The notes under the pieces were generated by a model. That model did no database searches. It was given only the letters and a program-made list of their open reading frames with translations, and was not told the DNA's origin. From Candidatus Aphodoplasma sp. (lineage in GTDB: Bacteria > Bacillota > Clostridia > UBA1381 > UMGS1253): a stretch of 64,000 nucleotides of DNA. Positions 39,042-50,327 of the stretch are shown piece by piece. The stretch covers positions 13,459 to 77,458 of the forward strand of contig JAZUQZ010000027.1 of NCBI GenBank assembly GCA_045626925.1, in the 5' to 3' direction. The translations under genes and the position numbers were made by a program. The first letter of the stretch is position 1; each line of letters opens with the position of its first letter.

Positions 39042-40253
39042 TTAGTTGGCCATATTAAATTCGTCATGAATTGCAACAACGGCACGCTCTGCATCCTTAC
39101 GGTCAATAAGCACCGATACCTTAATTTCGCTTGTAGCAATCATATGAATATTTATGTGCGACTTATAAAGCGCCTCAAACATCTTTGCGGCTACACCCGG
39201 ATTTGTAACCATGCCTGCACCAACGATTGATACCTTTGATACATCATCGTTCCATTGGATATCCTTTGCACCGATTGAGCCATTGTTCTCTTTTATACAC
39301 TCAATAACCTCTTCAAGATTTGACGATGCAACAGTAAAGCTTATATCCTTTGTATTATTTCTGCCTATCGATTGAATAATAAGGTCAACATTTATATTAT
39401 GCTTTGCCAATAATGAGAATATACTAAAGGCCTTGCCCGGAGTATCCTCCACCTCTATAAGAGAAATTCTTGCAGTATCATTATCACGCGTTACACCGCG
39501 CACCAACATTTTTTCCACATCATTTACCTCCTTAACAATAGTTCCTGTTACTTTGTGAAGGCTTGATAAAACCATAAGCTTCACATTATATTTTTTTGCC
39601 ATTTCAACCGAACGGTTATTTAAAACATTTGCACCAAGAGATGCAAGCTCAAGCATTTCATCATACGAAATTTCATCAAGCTTCTTTGCATCTTTGACTA
39701 TTCGAGGGTCTGCTGTATATACACCGTCAACATCCGTATATATCTCACACGCATCAGCCTTTAACGCCGCAGCAAGTGCAACCGCCGATGTGTCAGAACC
39801 ACCACGACCAAGCGTCGTTATGTCATCATATTTGTTAATTCCTTGAAAGCCTGCCACAATAACGATATTATTTTTATCAAGCTCTGCATTCAATCTGTCT
39901 GTATCAATTTTTAACAAACGCGCAGTCGAATAATTAGGATTTGTTTTCATGCCTGCCTGCCATCCTGTAAGTGATATTACAGGAAAACCAAGCGACTCAA
40001 TCGCCATAGCAAGAAGTGAAATCGAAATCTGCTCACCCGTTGCCAAAAGCATATCCATCTCTCTTTTTGAAGGCTTTTTGTTAATTTCTCGTGCCTTTTC
40101 AATAAGTTCGTCCGTTGTATCGCCCTGCGCTGAAACAACAACGACAACATCGTTGCCCGCTTTGTAAGTATCTGTAATCGTGCGTGCAACATTAAAAACC
40201 TTTTCAGCATTAGCTACAGAGCTTCCGCCAAATTTTTGTACGATTAAACTCAC
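39042..40253 (-). CDS. lysC: Aspartate kinase
   Basis: QKFGGSS, TLGRGGSD, two ACT domains. Confidence 0.96.
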   Translation of the reverse strand: MSLIVQKFGGSSVANAEKVFNVARTITDTYKAGNDVVVVVSAQGDTTDELIEKAREINKKPSKREMDMLLATGEQISISLLAMAIESLGFPVISLTGWQAGMKTNPNYSTARLLKIDTDRLNAELDKNNIVIVAGFQGINKYDDITTLGRGGSDTSAVALAAALKADACEIYTDVDGVYTADPRIVKDAKKLDEISYDEMLELASLGANVLNNRSVEMAKKYNVKLMVLSSLHKVTGTIVKEVNDVEKMLVRGVTRDNDTARISLIEVEDTPGKAFSIFSLLAKHNINVDLIIQSIGRNNTKDISFTVASSNLEEVIECIKENNGSIGAKDIQWNDDVSKVSIVGAGMVTNPGVAAKMFEALYKSHINIHMIATSEIKVSVLIDRKDAERAVVAIHDEFNMAN

Positions 40254-40304
40254 TGTTGTATCCTCCTTATATTATTGTTTACATATTATACTAACAACTC
40301 TGTA

Positions 40305-41510
40305 TCAATCCTGCATAACTCTAATCTTGCTCACAATTTCGCCACCGAGTGACAAAAGCTTTTTGTCAATATTTTCCTCTGTATCAACAGGCGCAATAAA
40401 GCATATCTGCTCCCCGTCTGTAAGGATATGTTGTTTTCCAAATACAGACTCTATCTGTGATTTGTCCACCCCATTTATACGAATAAACATCGAAATCTCT
40501 GCTTTTTTATAATCGTCAATATATCCATCAGCACATGGCTCCCAGATATAATTTTTATTATCAGAGCTTTTTACAATATCTATTACATCAGCTACGACCG
40601 CACTTGCTGTAGGAAGTTTGCCCGCGCCACGACCATAAAACATCACATCGCCCACCTGATTGCCACGCACCATTATTGCATTAAACACATCTTCAACACT
40701 TGAAAGAGGATTACTCATCGGTACAAGCATAGGTGATACGAGACATATTACCTTATCGTTAAAGCTTTTTGTATAACCGATAAGCTTAATCACATAACCA
40801 AATGCCTCTGCAATTTTTACATCATCTAATGTAATGTTTGTGATGCCTTCGGCATATACCTTTGACGAATCAACAGCCTTGCCAAACGCAAGTGATGCAA
40901 GTATACATATCTTTCTGCATGCATCGTGTCCCTCTACATCGGCTGCCGGATTGCGTTCTGCATAGCCTTTCTCCTGTGCCTGCACAAGCGCCGTTTCAAA
41001 GCTTATGCCGTCTTTTATCATCTTTGTTAAAATATAGTTTGTTGTGCCATTAAGTATACCAAAAATTTCTGTAATTTCATTTGCAGCAAGGCATGTATTA
41101 AGCGGTCTTATAACCGGTATTCCACCACCAACGCTTGCCTCAAAAAGATAGTTTGCATTTTTTTCGCGTGCAATTTTCAAAAGCTCTGTACCATGCATTG
41201 CAACAAGCTCCTTATTGCTTGTAACAACACTTTTGCCACATAGAAGTGCCGACTTTGTAAAACGATATCCCGGCTCAAGTCCACCCATTGTTTCAACAAC
41301 TATATCAATTGAGCTATCATTTAAAATATCATCAAAATCCTTTGTAAAAATCTCCTTTTGCGGATGGTCATCAAACTCGCGCAAATCTAAGACTCTTTTT
41401 ACGCTTATTTGCTTTCCTGTTTTGCGCTTTATACTGTCTGCGTTTGTTTTTAAAACCTCATACACACCCGAGCCAACCGTACCGTAGCCCAAAATCGCTA
41501 TATTAACCAT
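40305..41510 (-). CDS. hom: Homoserine dehydrogenase
   Basis: GYGTVG, EASVGGGIP, NGTTN, GAGKLPTAS. Confidence 0.96.
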   Translation of the reverse strand: MVNIAILGYGTVGSGVYEVLKTNADSIKRKTGKQISVKRVLDLREFDDHPQKEIFTKDFDDILNDSSIDIVVETMGGLEPGYRFTKSALLCGKSVVTSNKELVAMHGTELLKIAREKNANYLFEASVGGGIPVIRPLNTCLAANEITEIFGILNGTTNYILTKMIKDGISFETALVQAQEKGYAERNPAADVEGHDACRKICILASLAFGKAVDSSKVYAEGITNITLDDVKIAEAFGYVIKLIGYTKSFNDKVICLVSPMLVPMSNPLSSVEDVFNAIMVRGNQVGDVMFYGRGAGKLPTASAVVADVIDIVKSSDNKNYIWEPCADGYIDDYKKAEISMFIRINGVDKSQIESVFGKQHILTDGEQICFIAPVDTEENIDKKLLSLGGEIVSKIRVMQD

Positions 41511-41556
41511 AATAATCTCCTCCAACTGTTAATATTAAATATATACAACACAAGGC

Positions 41557-42000
41557 CTACTCCCCTGCAATTATTTCAAGTCTTTTTACCCCTTCAATCG
41601 CCTTAAGCTTTTTTAATAGTGCACCAACGGTTTTGTTCATGCCCTCTGTACGAAAGGATATTGTGATGTTTGCTGAATTATTAACGGGTATGTTTTGATT
41701 TATCGTAAGCACGCTCACACACGCCTGGGCCAAAACCTTAAGCACTTGTGAAAGTATGCCCGACACATCTAAAAGCTCCATAAACAGAGTTATTATTTTA
41801 TCTTTACCCATATCCTCTATAGAAAAAACACAATCCTTATATTTGTAAAATGCCGAACGACTTATTTTGAGCATTTGCGCTGCCTCACTCGCCGTTTTAC
41901 ATTTGCCTGTTTTTAGCAGGCGCTTTGCCTCAACAACCTTTGGAAATATGTCCGGCAAAACCGCTGTATCAACAAGCAGATAAGAAGGTTTGTTTGTCAT
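41557..42000 (-). CDS. thrR: HTH-ACT regulator (ThrR/PheB family)
   Basis: ISRSAFYKYKD plus ACT domain TINQNIP; upstream of hom. Confidence 0.85.
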   Translation of the reverse strand: MTNKPSYLLVDTAVLPDIFPKVVEAKRLLKTGKCKTASEAAQMLKISRSAFYKYKDCVFSIEDMGKDKIITLFMELLDVSGILSQVLKVLAQACVSVLTINQNIPVNNSANITISFRTEGMNKTVGALLKKLKAIEGVKRLEIIAGE

Positions 42001-42230
42001 TCGTGTCCCCTCCTTTGTCCGCGCACGAAATACATTTGTGTGCCATATAAAGAATGATAACATTAAAAACATGCCTTGTCAAGAGAAAATATATAAAAAA
42101 TAACAAAATTTTAAGCAATAAAAAAAGGAAAAACGCATAAACATGTAGAATTTAATCAAATAGGCATGTATTTTGCTCTAAACATAGTAAATTGTTATAA
42201 AAATAGTATGAAAAGGGAGGCGTTTTCGTA

Positions 42231-42695
42231 ATGGAAGCTCCAAAAAAATTTAAATTATCAATGTTTGGTTTTAAGAAAAAAGATGTAAACGCATACATAA
42301 TGGATTGTGCACAAAAGGCTGAAAACATAAAAAAAGAGCTTGAAGAAAAAAACAAAGCTCTTGAAGCAAAGGTAGCTGAGCTTTCAGAAAAAAATACAGT
42401 GTATGAAAAAGAGCGCGCTTGTATAGCTGATGCACTATTAAAAGCAAAGCTTGAAGCGGACAATATGATTGTCGAGGCAAAAAAAGAAACAGACAAAGTG
42501 CGTGGCAACCTTGATAGAGAGCTTGAAGAACTTAAAGACAAAATACGCGCTGAAAAGGTACGCGTAAATGAAATAAGAGAAGATGCAAAAGCAACTCTTG
42601 AAGAGTATATATCGCGTCTTAATAGCATAGATATAAAAGCAGGAAGCGACGATGAGTCTGATGATAATACATCGGGCGATGTTGCGATTTGGTAA
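42231..42695 (+). CDS. DivIVA-domain coiled-coil protein
   Basis: FKLSMFGFKKKDVNAYI followed by coiled coil. Confidence 0.7.
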   Translation: MEAPKKFKLSMFGFKKKDVNAYIMDCAQKAENIKKELEEKNKALEAKVAELSEKNTVYEKERACIADALLKAKLEADNMIVEAKKETDKVRGNLDRELEELKDKIRAEKVRVNEIREDAKATLEEYISRLNSIDIKAGSDDESDDNTSGDVAIW

Positions 42696-42759
42696 AATAA
42701 ACATACGGTGTGCCTTATAAAACTATATAAGGCACATATTTATATTAAAAAGAGAGGAT

Positions 42760-43599
42760 ATGACTTATATGAATACATTTGAGGCACTTATAATGGGTCT
42801 TGTGCAGGGTTTGACAGAGTTTTTACCCATATCAAGCTCCGGTCATCTTGTAATCTTTGGCCAGATTTTAAACATAAATATAAGCGACGGTAATGCGTTC
42901 TCGGTGCTTTTACACCTTGCAACCTTTATATCGGTATGCATCGTATATTATAAAGATGTAGTCGAGCTTGTAAAAGAATTTTTCCTTATGATAGCAGACA
43001 TCTTTCGTGGCAAGTTTAACCTTGATAGGCCGTATAGGCGTATGCTTGTTATGCTTATAATCGCTACTATACCCGCCGTTGTTGTTGGCTTTTTATTCAA
43101 GCTTCTGGACCTTGACAGTGTATTATCAAGTCTTATGACCGTTAGTATAATGCTACTTTTTACATCAGCACTTATGTATGCGGTTGATAAATTTAATGAT
43201 AATAATTTTGATGCATCAAATGCAAAATTTAAGAGCGCTTTTTATGTTGGTATTGCACAGGCGTGCGCACTTATGCCTGGTCTTTCAAGGAGTGGCTCTA
43301 CAATTACTGCTGCTCGTGCACTCGGTTATAAAAAAGAGTTTGCAATAAAGTTTTCATTTCTGATGTCGCTTCCGGCAATAATTGGTGCTGCGGTATTGGA
43401 GGGTGCTGACCTTATTATGAGTGGTGGCTTTTCGGTAGAGCTTATGCCACTCGTTGTCGGCTTTTTGGCAGCGGCAATCTCCGGTGTGCTTGCGATAAAA
43501 TTTCTTATTAACCTTTTAAATAAAAACAAGTTCTACATTTTCTCTATATACTGTGCCATCGTGGGAATTATAGGTATTTTATACACCGTTATTAAATAG
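42760..43599 (+). CDS. uppP: Undecaprenyl-diphosphatase
   Basis: QGLTEFLPISSSGHL and PGLSRSG. Confidence 0.96.
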   Translation: MTYMNTFEALIMGLVQGLTEFLPISSSGHLVIFGQILNINISDGNAFSVLLHLATFISVCIVYYKDVVELVKEFFLMIADIFRGKFNLDRPYRRMLVMLIIATIPAVVVGFLFKLLDLDSVLSSLMTVSIMLLFTSALMYAVDKFNDNNFDASNAKFKSAFYVGIAQACALMPGLSRSGSTITAARALGYKKEFAIKFSFLMSLPAIIGAAVLEGADLIMSGGFSVELMPLVVGFLAAAISGVLAIKFLINLLNKNKFYIFSIYCAIVGIIGILYTVIK

Positions 43600-43700
43600 A
43601 AAGTTTTTCATAATCAAAAACGAGGTTTTCCGGATAAAATTTGGGAAACCTCTTGATTTTTTGTGCGATATGCGTCACAATATATATAGGCAGGTGATGA

Positions 43701-44534
43701 GTGTATATGAATTGGTCAGGAGCAAAAAATTGGCTTATAGTTTTATTTGTAGCGATAAATATATTTTTAGTTATTACTATAGTAAAATCAGATATGCAAT
43801 CATCTGTTATTGAGGATAAAACTATTCAAAGCACAGTAAATATTCTGCGACAGAGTGATATTTTTATCGATGCAAAAACTATCCCGACGAAAATGCCAAA
43901 ACTTGGGGCTATTGATGTTGAAAACAGTATAAGTGATTTTGATGTTTTTGCAGAAAAAATCCTTGGAGAAGGCTATATAAAAGAGAGCAATACTCATTAT
44001 TACCTTGGCACAAAAAGCCTTGTTCTTTCTGGCGATATGATATCATATACCGACTCTGCTCCACACGATAATATTGAACAACTAAAAGCTTCAACAGCTC
44101 AAAAATATGTATCAAGCTGGCTTTCGGCGCGTGGTTTTGAAACAGAAGTGCTCGGCTCATATGCGTATGAAAGTGATGGCGGCTATCTTGTGCGTATAGA
44201 ACAAAAATTTGATAAATATGCACTTCTTGATTCATATTTTGAAGTATTTGTTACAAGCAAAGGCGTTACAAAGCTTTCGGGCAGCTGGTTTGTTCCATCA
44301 AGTGGACAAAACTTTTTTTCAAATGACGCTGCTCGTGTAAAGTCAATTATAAGCGTGTTGCTTGATTTCGCGCGTGACAATGTGCGTATAAACAGGGGCT
44401 CGAATAATATCGTTGAGATTGTTTTGGGGTATACTACAGGCGATAAAAACACATATCACAAATATGCCACTGCGGTGCCTGTGTGGCGCATACGCTGTAG
44501 CGATAAAAATGAGTATTTCTACGAAGCAAGATAA
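43701..44534 (+). CDS. YycI(WalI)-like membrane-anchored protein
   Basis: MNWSGAKNWLIVLF..NIFL N-terminus; LGY..PVW C-terminus. Confidence 0.7.
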   Translation: MYMNWSGAKNWLIVLFVAINIFLVITIVKSDMQSSVIEDKTIQSTVNILRQSDIFIDAKTIPTKMPKLGAIDVENSISDFDVFAEKILGEGYIKESNTHYYLGTKSLVLSGDMISYTDSAPHDNIEQLKASTAQKYVSSWLSARGFETEVLGSYAYESDGGYLVRIEQKFDKYALLDSYFEVFVTSKGVTKLSGSWFVPSSGQNFFSNDAARVKSIISVLLDFARDNVRINRGSNNIVEIVLGYTTGDKNTYHKYATAVPVWRIRCSDKNEYFYEAR

Positions 44535-44570
44535 CTTTTAGTAAAATCAAGGCTTTAAAAGAGGAAAAAT

Positions 44571-46526
44571 ATGAATGATTTTTTACCGATAAACAAGGAA
44601 CAACTTCATACAAGAGGCTTTGATGTGCCGGATTTTTTGTATGTGACTGGTGACGCATATGTAGACCATCCAAGCTTTGGACATGCTATTATATCCCGCG
44701 TTTTAGAAAATAGCGGTTATAGCGTCGCAATGCTGCCACAACCGAGATGGGACAATTGTGAATACTTTAAAAAATTTGGCAAGCCGCGTCTTGGCGTACT
44801 CGTAACATCGGGCAACATTGACTCAATGGTTGCACATTACACCGCTGCAAAAAAGCCGCGCTCGGACGATATGTATTCGCCAGGTGGAAAAAGTGGCTAT
44901 CGTCCCGACAGAGCAGTTATAGTTTATTGCAATCGCATACGCGAGGCTTTTGGCGATATACCAATAATAATTGGTGGTATAGAGGCAAGTCTTCGTCGCT
45001 TTGCGCACTATGACTATTGGTCGGACAAGGTGCGCCGTTCGATTCTTGTCGATAGCCGTGCCGATTTGTTAATATATGGCATGGGCGAAAAACAGATTGT
45101 GCAGATTGCAGATGCACTTGATAAGGGGATACCCGTTAAAAAAATCCGTTTTGTAAATGGGACATGCTATTTGGCAAAAAAAGATGAAATGCCCGAAGGG
45201 CTTATGCTTGAAAGCTATGAGCAGGTCTTGTCCGATAAAAAAGCATACGCAAATGCGTGTCGCGTGCAATATGAAGAACAAGACCCCATACGAGGCAAAC
45301 GGCTTATCCAGGCGCACAATGACAAACTTTTGGTACAAAATCCACCGATGATGCCGCTTAATACAAAGGAGCTTGATTCTGTATATGCGTTGCCATATAT
45401 GCGCACATATCATCCGATGTATGAGCCGCTTGGTGGAATACCTGCAATATCAGAGGTGAAATTCTCGCTCACAAGTTGCCGTGGTTGTTACGGTGCGTGT
45501 AATTTTTGTGCGCTCACCTTTCATCAAGGGCGCATAGTGCAGTCACGCAGTCACGAATCTCTTATAAACGAAGCTAAAAAAATAACATGGGAGCCCGATT
45601 TTAAAGGATATATTCACGATGTAGGCGGACCTACGGCAGATTTTCGCACACCTGCATGTAAAGAACAATTAAAGGTTGGTGCGTGCAAAAAAAGACAGTG
45701 TTTATTCCCAACACCATGCAAGAATCTTGTTGCAGACCATAGTGATTATTTAAAGCTTTTGCGCAAATTGCGCTCACTTGACAGAGTAAAAAAAGTGTTT
45801 GTGCGCTCGGGTCTTCGATATGATTATATAATGGCTGATAAAAACGACGAGTTTTTTTATGAGTTATGTGAGCACCATATCAGCGGTCAGTTAAAGGTCG
45901 CTCCCGAGCATGTTTCAGCAAATGTTTTAAAATATATGGGCAAACCATCAGGCAACACATATAATCGGTTCGCAAAAAAATATGCAGATATAAACCGCTC
46001 GCTCGGCAAAGAGCAATACCTTGTCCCGTATTTGATGAGTTCGCACCCCGGTTCGACGCTTGATGATGCAATAGAGCTTGCATTATTTTTAAAGAAAAAT
46101 AATCTTAATCCACGCCAGGTACAAGACTTTTATCCTACACCGGGTACAATTTCGACGGCTATGTTTTACACTGGCATCGACCCGCGCACAGGAAAAAGCG
46201 TATATGTAGCAAGAAACGCACACGACAAAGCGATGCAAAGAGCGCTTTTGCAGTTTAATAATAAAGCAAATCGTGCGCTTGTTATAGAAGCACTAAAAAA
46301 AGCCGGACGCGAGGACTTGATTGGTTTTGGAAGTGATTGTCTTATAACGCCGTACGAAATTCGAACAGGCGCTGCAAAACATTATGATAAGAATATAAAT
46401 AATAAAAATATTAAAAACAACGGAGGTCATAGAAATGGCAATAATAATGGACGGAAAGGCTTTGTCAAAAAAGGTAAAACAGCAACAAAAACAAATATCA
46501 GAACAACTAAAAGCAAAGGGCGTTAA
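44571..46526 (+). CDS. YgiQ-family radical SAM protein
   Basis: [29 protein letters not shown]. Confidence 0.94.
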   Translation: MNDFLPINKEQLHTRGFDVPDFLYVTGDAYVDHPSFGHAIISRVLENSGYSVAMLPQPRWDNCEYFKKFGKPRLGVLVTSGNIDSMVAHYTAAKKPRSDDMYSPGGKSGYRPDRAVIVYCNRIREAFGDIPIIIGGIEASLRRFAHYDYWSDKVRRSILVDSRADLLIYGMGEKQIVQIADALDKGIPVKKIRFVNGTCYLAKKDEMPEGLMLESYEQVLSDKKAYANACRVQYEEQDPIRGKRLIQAHNDKLLVQNPPMMPLNTKELDSVYALPYMRTYHPMYEPLGGIPAISEVKFSLTSCRGCYGACNFCALTFHQGRIVQSRSHESLINEAKKITWEPDFKGYIHDVGGPTADFRTPACKEQLKVGACKKRQCLFPTPCKNLVADHSDYLKLLRKLRSLDRVKKVFVRSGLRYDYIMADKNDEFFYELCEHHISGQLKVAPEHVSANVLKYMGKPSGNTYNRFAKKYADINRSLGKEQYLVPYLMSSHPGSTLDDAIELALFLKKNNLNPRQVQDFYPTPGTISTAMFYTGIDPRTGKSVYVARNAHDKAMQRALLQFNNKANRALVIEALKKAGREDLIGFGSDCLITPYEIRTGAAKHYDKNINNKNIKNNGGHRNGNNNGRKGFVKKGKTATKTNIRTTKSKGR

Positions 46527-47286
46527 ACCATGTCTTGCTGTGATTATAGTTGGTGAAAATCCTGCAAGCAAGGTATATGTTGCAGGAAAAATCCGCGACT
46601 GTGAAGAGGTCGGCATCGAATCACGCGAGTATGCGTTGCCGGAAACAACAACCCAGCAAGAGCTTATCAATCTTGTTAATGAACTTAATAACGATGATAG
46701 CGTGTCGGGCTTTATTGTTCAGCTTCCGCTCCCAAAGCATCTCGACGAAAAAGCGGTAATCGATGCAATCGACCCAAAAAAAGATGTTGATGCATTTCAT
46801 CCTATAAATGTAGGCAAAATTATGATTGGAGATTATGATTTTCTTCCTTGCACACCTGCGGGTGTGATGGAGCTTTTAGACGAGTACAATATCGATGTGT
46901 CAGGCAAGGAATGTGTAGTCGTTGGGCGCAGTAATATTGTCGGAAAACCACAGGCAATGCTTCTTTTGCACAAGAACGGCACTGTTACAATATGTCATTC
47001 ACGCACAAAGGATTTGGCAGAGGTTACACGCAGAGCTGACATACTTGTTGTTGCAATCGGCAAAGGTGAATTTATTACAGGCGATATGATTAAAGAGGGT
47101 GCCATTGTAATCGATGTCGGCATGAACAGAAACAGTGAGGGAAAACTCGTGGGCGATGTTCATTTTGAAAGCGCAAAGGAAAAGGCGTCATATATCACGC
47201 CTGTACCGGGTGGTGTCGGCGTTATGACGCGCGCAGTACTTATGAAAAATGCCGTAAAAGCCGCCGAGCTTAATTCGTCAAAATAA
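46435..47286 (+). CDS. folD: Methylene-THF dehydrogenase/cyclohydrolase
   Basis: [31 protein letters not shown]. Confidence 0.96.
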   Translation: MAIIMDGKALSKKVKQQQKQISEQLKAKGVKPCLAVIIVGENPASKVYVAGKIRDCEEVGIESREYALPETTTQQELINLVNELNNDDSVSGFIVQLPLPKHLDEKAVIDAIDPKKDVDAFHPINVGKIMIGDYDFLPCTPAGVMELLDEYNIDVSGKECVVVGRSNIVGKPQAMLLLHKNGTVTICHSRTKDLAEVTRRADILVVAIGKGEFITGDMIKEGAIVIDVGMNRNSEGKLVGDVHFESAKEKASYITPVPGGVGVMTRAVLMKNAVKAAELNSSK

Positions 47287-47306
47287 ACTAAAGGGATAGC
47301 TTTGAT

Positions 47307-48017
47307 ATGAAGGATATTTTAACAAAAGGTATCGAGTCACTTCAACTTTGTGTCACAGATGTGATGCTTGATCGATTTGTAAATTATTATGAGCTTCTTG
47401 TCGATTATAATAAAAAAGTAAATCTTACAGCAATTACCGAGCCACATGAAGTAGCAACAAAGCACTTTTTAGACAGCATATCGCTTTTGGGAATATGCGA
47501 TATCCCTATAGGTGCAAGTGCAATTGATGTTGGTACGGGAGCCGGATTCCCCGGCTTGCCCTTAAAAATTGTGCGAGATGATATAAAACTCACACTTGTA
47601 GACTCGTTAAACAAGCGTGTAGAGTTTCTAAAGCTATGCTGCAAGGAGTTGTCACTTACAAATGTGGAATGTATACACGCTCGCGCAGAGGAGCTTGGGC
47701 ACAAAGAAGAGTATAGACAAGCATATGATTTTGCATTTTCACGCGCCGTTGCAAATATGGCAACACTTAGCGAGTATTGTTTGCCATTTGTAAAGATTGG
47801 CGGTGTCTTTTGTGCTTATAAAGGTCCCGCGGCAGAAGAAGAGCTTTGCAATGCAAAAAATGCGATTGCAACACTTGGCGGAGGGAATACTTGTATAAAA
47901 ATGGCACATATAGACCAAAGTGATATGTCACATTCGATAATTTTGGTTGACAAAATCAATGACACAGCTACAAAATACCCCAGAAGTGGCAATAAACCTC
48001 TAAATAAACCGATATAA
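47307..48017 (+). CDS. rsmG: 16S rRNA m7G527 methyltransferase
   Basis: NLTAI, HFLDS, DVGTGAGFPG, SRAVA. Confidence 0.96.
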   Translation: MKDILTKGIESLQLCVTDVMLDRFVNYYELLVDYNKKVNLTAITEPHEVATKHFLDSISLLGICDIPIGASAIDVGTGAGFPGLPLKIVRDDIKLTLVDSLNKRVEFLKLCCKELSLTNVECIHARAEELGHKEEYRQAYDFAFSRAVANMATLSEYCLPFVKIGGVFCAYKGPAAEEELCNAKNAIATLGGGNTCIKMAHIDQSDMSHSIILVDKINDTATKYPRSGNKPLNKPI

Positions 48018-48153
48018 AAAGTCGAAAAACGAGATTTTAATACGAAACAAGTAAAACGATTTTTCTTCACATTTTACCTTTTTTTGGTATAATGTGTTTG
48101 AAGGTCGTTTTTTGTTTTTAAGACCGGAAGATAATACCAAGGAGGACTTTTTT

Positions 48154-48990
48154 ATGATTTTACCGATTCAACTTACAACGAATACACAAAAGACAAAATC
48201 GGTGATATATATACCGATTGACTCAATACGACCAAATCCCTATCAGCCGCGGCGCCATTTTGAACAAAAAGCACTTGAAGAGCTTGCAGTATCAATCAAA
48301 AGCTTTGGCATATTGCAACCCATAAGCGTCAGACGCCAAAGCTCAAATACATATGAGCTCATCGCAGGTGAACGGCGTTTGCGTGCGGCAAAGCTTGTTG
48401 GGCTTGATAGCGTGCCGGTAATAATCCACGAGCTTGATGAAACTGATTCGGCACTTGCTGCGCTTTTAGAAAATCTTCAGCGTGCAGATTTGTCATATAT
48501 GGAGGAGGCGCAAGGCTATTATCACCTTATACACCAACACCGTCTTACACAAGAAGAGGTCGCATTAAAGGTCGGCAAAACACAATCAACTATTGCAAAC
48601 AAGCTTCGCATTTTAAGGCTTGGGCCACTTGTAAAAAAAATTTTAGTCGACAACAATCTTACCGAGCGTCATGCACGCGCACTACTTCGACTTGATGATG
48701 AACAAGCACAGCTTGGCATACTAAAGCAAGTGTGCGACGAAGGGCTTAATGTGTTGCAAACCGAGCGGCTTGTAGAGGCAAAGCTTGTGTGCGAAAACGC
48801 ACCAAAGCAAAAAAAGAAAAAGAGCCTTTTGGTCGGACAAGCTAACATAAAAATTATTGTAAATACTGTGCGCCAAGCGATAAAAATGATACGCGACGCA
48901 GGTATGGATGCATCCATGCGCGAAATTGACACCGACGACTTTGTTGAATATAGTATTAAAATAAAAAAAGCGCAGACAAAACCCTTATAA
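48154..48990 (+). CDS. noc: Nucleoid occlusion protein (ParB family)
   Basis: NPYQPR, AGERRLRA, TERHARALL; follows rsmG; AAGGAGG RBS. Confidence 0.85.
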   Translation: MILPIQLTTNTQKTKSVIYIPIDSIRPNPYQPRRHFEQKALEELAVSIKSFGILQPISVRRQSSNTYELIAGERRLRAAKLVGLDSVPVIIHELDETDSALAALLENLQRADLSYMEEAQGYYHLIHQHRLTQEEVALKVGKTQSTIANKLRILRLGPLVKKILVDNNLTERHARALLRLDDEQAQLGILKQVCDEGLNVLQTERLVEAKLVCENAPKQKKKKSLLVGQANIKIIVNTVRQAIKMIRDAGMDASMREIDTDDFVEYSIKIKKAQTKPL

Positions 48991-49041
48991 TATAAAAAAG
49001 ACCGTTTCACTGACAAAATCAGTTATAAACGGTCTTTTGTT

Positions 49042-50304
49042 TTATTTTCCACTCACAAGCTCGCCTTTTCTAATCATCGCGTTTGGAACGACGGGTTTTT
49101 CGGTTTTCATTGTAAAAATCATTTGTGCATGTGGCACCGATGTAACATATTCACCCGTGGCATTTTTTAACCACTCAACCTTTTGTGAAAAGTACGGTTC
49201 ATTCGGTTGTATTATCTCGACTGTATCGCCAACACAGAATTTGTTCCTTTGTTCAACAGTAGCGATACCCGTCTTTTCATTATAATCAAGCACAAATCCT
49301 ACTATATCATAATCGCGGATATATGAGCTTGTATCATATACCTGCGAATTTGCATCGGTTTTGCCAAAATAAAAGCCATGCGTATATGGCCTGTGGCTGA
49401 CCTTCAACACTTCATTAAGGTTCTCTTTATCAAACTTATATGTGTCCGGATTTTGAATATATTTGTCGAGCTCGGCACGATATGCCTTTATAATCGTAGC
49501 AACATAGTACTCACTCTTAACGCGTCCTTCTATTTTAAAGCTTGTAATACCACTTTTAACAAGCTCGGGTATATGCTCAATCATACATAAATCCTTTGAA
49601 TTAAAGAAAAAGCTACCTTTTTCGTCCTCGCCAACATGAAAATATTCGCCCGGACGCTTTTCCTCTACGAGTGCATAATTCCAACGACACGGCTGGGCAC
49701 ATTCGCCCTTGTTTGCATCGCGTCCTGTAAGATAATTGCTCAAAAGGCATCGTCCCGAGTACGATATGCACATAGCGCCATGAACAAATGCCTCAATCTC
49801 AAGCTCATTCGGCGTTTTTTGGCGTATTTGTGAAACCTCTTCAATGCTGAGCTCGCGCGCAAGCACAACGCGCTTTGCACCCATATCATGCCATACATTT
49901 GCACTTAGATAATTAACATTGTTCGCCTGTGTTGATATATGAATGTCAATATTTGGATAGCGCTTTCTTATGAACGAAAAAAGTCCTATATCCGCCACAA
50001 TAAGCGCATCAATTCCAAGCGCAACCACACTGTCAAGATAATCCTCAAAGCTTTCAAGTTCTTCATTGTGCGGGATAATATTTGTCGTAAGATATACCTT
50101 TTTGCCACGCTCGTGGGCAAAGCGTATACCCTCTTGCATATCCTTTAGGTCAAAGTTTTTCGACGCAGTACGCAAACCAAAAGCCTCGCCACCGATATAT
50201 ACCGCATCTGCACCGTACAAAATTGCTATTTTAAGTTTTAAAAGGTCGCCCGCAGGTGCCAAAAGCTCAAGTTTGTTTTTCAAATCGTTCATTATATTCA
50301 CCAA
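49042..50304 (-). CDS. U32-family protein (tRNA hydroxylation, TrhP-like)
   Basis: ELLAPAG, HGAMCISYSGRC, CAQPCR, KIEGR. Confidence 0.92.
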   Translation of the reverse strand: MVNIMNDLKNKLELLAPAGDLLKLKIAILYGADAVYIGGEAFGLRTASKNFDLKDMQEGIRFAHERGKKVYLTTNIIPHNEELESFEDYLDSVVALGIDALIVADIGLFSFIRKRYPNIDIHISTQANNVNYLSANVWHDMGAKRVVLARELSIEEVSQIRQKTPNELEIEAFVHGAMCISYSGRCLLSNYLTGRDANKGECAQPCRWNYALVEEKRPGEYFHVGEDEKGSFFFNSKDLCMIEHIPELVKSGITSFKIEGRVKSEYYVATIIKAYRAELDKYIQNPDTYKFDKENLNEVLKVSHRPYTHGFYFGKTDANSQVYDTSSYIRDYDIVGFVLDYNEKTGIATVEQRNKFCVGDTVEIIQPNEPYFSQKVEWLKNATGEYVTSVPHAQMIFTMKTEKPVVPNAMIRKGELVSGK

Positions 50305-50327
50305 TTCCTTATATATTAAAGAAAATT

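Noticed and set aside
48094-48153. Extended Noc N-terminus (MFEGRFLFLR) as an amphipathic helix
   Set aside because: That GTG directly follows a TATAAT box and has no RBS; a strong AAGGAGG supports ATG 48154.
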